Virus record (IMG/VR): IMGVR_UViG_3300044820_000032 | Span: 1-26,220 of that record | DNA length: 26,220 nucleotides | Direction: 5' to 3' (one strand) | DNA from: a virus | Taxonomy: Duplodnaviria; Caudoviricetes | In this document: piece by piece, positions 24,430 through 26,220 of the stretch | How positions within the stretch are numbered: the first letter of the stretch is position 1 | How the letters are laid out: the number at the start of each line of letters is the position of its first letter | The notes under the pieces: model-generated | Database searches by the model: none | What the model saw: the letters and a program-made list of their open reading frames with translations, nothing else | Told to the model about the DNA's origin: nothing | Made by a program: the position numbers and the translations under genes

Positions 24430-24734
24430 TGATGCCTGCGCAAGTCTGGTTCGACCTGGCCAAGACCCTTGCTTCACCGCTCCTGATTCTGTTCGTCGGG
24501 GCGATCATTCAGCGATCGTTCCGGGCGCAGGATGCGCAACTCAGCAGGATCGAGACCTCACTCCTGACGCTCGGGACGGCGGTGGGGTCTCACGCAGAGC
24601 GGCTCGCGAGCGGTCAGGTGATGATCGATAACCTCAGGGATCGGCTGGGTGACCTGGAGAGCAGAGAGCGCGACCGGAGGTGCTACGGGCCGTGCCCGGT
24701 GTGCCACCCAGCGCAGGCGAAACACACCGGGTAG
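24429..24734 (+). CDS. Single-TM coiled-coil protein with C-terminal Cys cluster (lysis region)
   Basis: GAGGT RBS with tandem ATGATG; TM segment PLLILFVGAII, coiled coil, then CYGPCPVCH. Confidence 0.65.
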   Translation: MMPAQVWFDLAKTLASPLLILFVGAIIQRSFRAQDAQLSRIETSLLTLGTAVGSHAERLASGQVMIDNLRDRLGDLESRERDRRCYGPCPVCHPAQAKHTG

Positions 24735-24737
24735 GAC

Positions 24738-25031
24738 TCATAGATTTGGGCACACGTCCGAGCCTTGCGGCGCGGTCGAATCGTAGGTGCAGAGCAGCGT
24801 CCAGCCGAGCGCCGTGCATTCGCTCCGCGTTGATCCCTGCTCGCAGCACAGGTAGATCGAGGTCTCCTGCCCGACCTCGCATACGTGACGCAGGAACCCG
24901 TCCGGTGGCGACATTCCCATGTCGAACCCGTGTGCGCACGGCGGGGCGCCGCACGGCTGCGCTGGAGAGCTACCGCAGGCGGTCAACGCGAGTGCGGAGA
25001 GGAGGGCGATCGCTGCGGCGTTGGTCTTCAT
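24738..25031 (-). CDS. Small Cys-rich lipoprotein
   Basis: GAGGAG RBS; MKTNAAAIALLSALALTA-C lipobox followed by GSS; eight further Cys residues in the mature part. Confidence 0.82.
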   Translation of the reverse strand: MKTNAAAIALLSALALTACGSSPAQPCGAPPCAHGFDMGMSPPDGFLRHVCEVGQETSIYLCCEQGSTRSECTALGWTLLCTYDSTAPQGSDVCPNL

Positions 25032-25052
25032 GTCGTTCTCCTCGTGGTGCGG

Positions 25053-25078
25053 CTAGAATTATTACTAGAATGATTACT
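25053..25078. promoter_or_regulatory. AT-rich 12-bp tandem repeat CTAGAAT(T/G)ATTA upstream of the lipoprotein gene (candidate operator or promoter)
   Basis: CTAGAATTATTA (25053-64), CTAGAATGATTA (25065-76), then CT; conspicuously AT-rich in a high-GC background. Confidence 0.55.
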
Positions 25079-25104
25079 GGGCGACTCGGCGAGCCACTGC
25101 CAGA

Positions 25105-25167
25105 CTACGGTGGACGCTGATCGCTCGGACGGAGGGGATCGCTGTAGTCGATTTCGGTGGTCGCCAT
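25105..25167 (-). CDS. 20-aa small ORF MATTEIDYSDPLRPSDQRPP (peptide or gene remnant)
   Basis: Minus-strand ACAGGAGAGACC-ATG, closely resembling the RBS block of the two upstream genes; TAG at 25107-25105. Confidence 0.4.
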   Translation of the reverse strand: MATTEIDYSDPLRPSDQRPP

Positions 25168-25196
25168 GGTCTCTCCTGTGCGTGAAGGGTGGACGG

Positions 25197-25445
25197 CTAT
25201 CGACGACGCCACTCAGACCGGGGCACGATCCGGAGATCGTCCGCGCAGGTGCCGACCAAGAGCCGCTCGGCATCCCAGCTCCAGACCTCGCTGGTGTCGG
25301 CCGGATCCTCACCGCCGAACGTGGGCAGCTCGGTACAGGTCTCGTCCTGGAGTTGGCCGAACAAGCCCAGCAGATCCTCCAGGGAGGTGGCCTCGCAGAG
25401 CGCGCGGCGGGTGGCGGGGGTCTCGTAAGAGTATTGGTTCGTCAT
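25197..25445 (-). CDS. Small conserved phage protein (LPTFGG...VWSWD..RLLVG motif)
   Basis: ATG at 25445 after AGGGAGAGAGACC, downstream of a sigma70 promoter; the motif is recognised from small phage proteins. Confidence 0.78.
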   Translation of the reverse strand: MTNQYSYETPATRRALCEATSLEDLLGLFGQLQDETCTELPTFGGEDPADTSEVWSWDAERLLVGTCADDLRIVPRSEWRRR

Positions 25446-25458
25446 GGTCTCTCTCCCT
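25435..25458. repeat. 24-bp direct repeat, copy 1 (RBS plus first codons MTNQ on the - strand)
   Basis: TGGTTCGTCATGGTCTCTCTCCCT is identical to 26197-26220. Confidence 0.95.
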
Positions 25459-25490
25459 GCTTGGCGGTCGCTCCGTGCGACCATGGATAG

Positions 25491-25519
25491 ACAGTACGCC
25501 ATATACGTTCGCACGTCAA
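25491..25519 (-). promoter_or_regulatory. Sigma70-type promoter TTGACG-N17-TACTGT
   Basis: On the minus strand the -35 box is at 25519-25514 and the -10 box at 25496-25491, with an exact 17-nt spacer, about 45 nt upstream of ATG 25445. Confidence 0.75.
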
Positions 25520-25524
25520 GTAAT

Positions 25525-25559
25525 GACGTGCGTCCCTGTTGGGTCCAGGGGCGCACGTC
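25525..25559 (-). terminator. Hairpin between cassettes, possible terminator
   Basis: GACGTGCG-T-CCCTG pairs with CAGGG-G-CGCACGTC around a 7-nt loop, about 10 nt after the 25569 stop. It is followed on the - strand by only a weak U-tract (AUUACUU). Confidence 0.45.
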
Positions 25560-25568
25560 CGGGGGCAG

Positions 25569-26207
25569 CTACTCGAGGATCCGCGCCCAATCGCCGGAGT
25601 CCTCCAGGATGCGCTCGGCACAGGAGCGCTCGACCCGCAGTCGGCGGGAGCCGTTGGCCGGATACGCTCCGGCGTTGCCGGCCGCCTAGTGGCTCGCCCT
25701 GTGCTGCTCGGGCATCCACTCCACCACCACCGTCTCGCTCTTGGGGCCGGACCACTGGCACCGCTCCCCGCTCCAGGTCCCGCACTCGCACTCGATCGCC
25801 TCGACCTCGGTAGAGCGCCGGTGTGCCCTGGTCTGGATCCATTCGCAGTTGGAGGCATGCGTCGGCGCCAGCTCGGCCCATGCGGCATCGTCGGACAGGT
25901 CAGGGACGGACGAGCCTGGCGTTACGTCGCGCCCGCAATAGGCGCACTCGGTCTCGTCCTCGGAGTCGTCGGCCCGGTCCTCCTCGCTGGTGGTGCTCGT
26001 CCTGGGAGTCCACCAGATCCAGGTCTGTCCCTGGTCGTCGCGCGAGTCGCTCACCTCGTAGCCGTGGGCCTGCAGAGCAGCGCTGGCGTTGGCGAGGCGG
26101 GTCCGATCGATGCGGCCAACCAGGCCGTGCTCGTGCGCGGTGTCAGCGCCGATCTCGGTGATGCCCAGGTCCGTGGCGATCTGCTTGGCTTGGCTCTGGT
26201 TCGTCAT
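25569..26207 (-). CDS. Cys-rich hypothetical protein with an internal in-frame TAG at 25688-25686 (nonsense mutation, read-through or sequencing error)
   Basis: ORF 26207..25686 continues in frame for 38 more codons with GC3 bias (AAGNAGAYPANGSRRLRVERSCAERILEDSGDWARILE) to a TAG at 25571-25569; contains CAYCG and CECG...C motifs. Confidence 0.65.
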
Positions 26208-26220
26208 GGTCTCTCTCCCT
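26197..26220. repeat. 24-bp direct repeat, copy 2 (runs to the window edge and may be longer)
   Basis: Identical to 25435-25458. Confidence 0.95.

Larger units (their letters stand above)
1..26220. mobile_element. Partial genome of a tailed phage/prophage with podovirus-like morphogenesis module
   Basis: Co-oriented, tightly coupled genes (ATGA/TGATG overlaps) in the order replication, RusA, terS, terL, portal, scaffold, capsid, adaptor, nozzle, ejection proteins, fibre, lysis. No tape-measure, sheath or tube gene, and no host housekeeping gene. Confidence 0.95.

Noticed and set aside
4926-25688. Genome-wide TAG reassignment
   Set aside because: TAG cleanly ends terS and the genes ending at 5492, 5772, 9606, 11198, 12403 and 24734, and long structural genes have no internal TAG.
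25435-26220. 24-bp direct repeats as att sites or terminal repeats
   Set aside because: They coincide exactly with the RBS and first codons of two genes, lie only about 760 bp apart, and no integrase or tRNA is adjacent.

Overview
A GC-rich, almost entirely + strand segment of a tailed dsDNA phage or prophage with podovirus-type (short-tail, P22/T7-like logic) gene order. From left to right it carries: the 3' part of a DUF6745-like gene with a 12-bp repeat array; a lambdoid-type replication module (initiator containing probable ori iterons, then a DnaC/IstB-like loader); RusA and small ORFs; terS, two inserted genes and terL; portal; a lower-GC C1q-like insertion; scaffold, major capsid and decoration proteins; adaptor, nozzle and a GNAT-like gene; four probable ejection proteins; and a tail fibre. 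The lysis region follows, and its only recognisable peptidoglycan enzyme is a Tlde1/DUF2778-like L,D-transpeptidase-fold protein. The right end switches to the - strand with a Cys-rich lipoprotein and small genes sharing a repeated RBS/start block, one behind a sigma70 promoter. No integrase, repressor, tRNA, CRISPR array or reverse transcriptase is visible, so prophage versus free phage cannot be decided. The most notable observations are a tail fibre with an apparent cleavable Sec signal peptide, the Tlde1-type enzyme in the endolysin slot, two structured 5' leaders in the capsid module (one able to occlude its RBS), and the repeated cassette architecture with an internal amber codon. All family assignments come from motif recognition and gene position, not from database searches.
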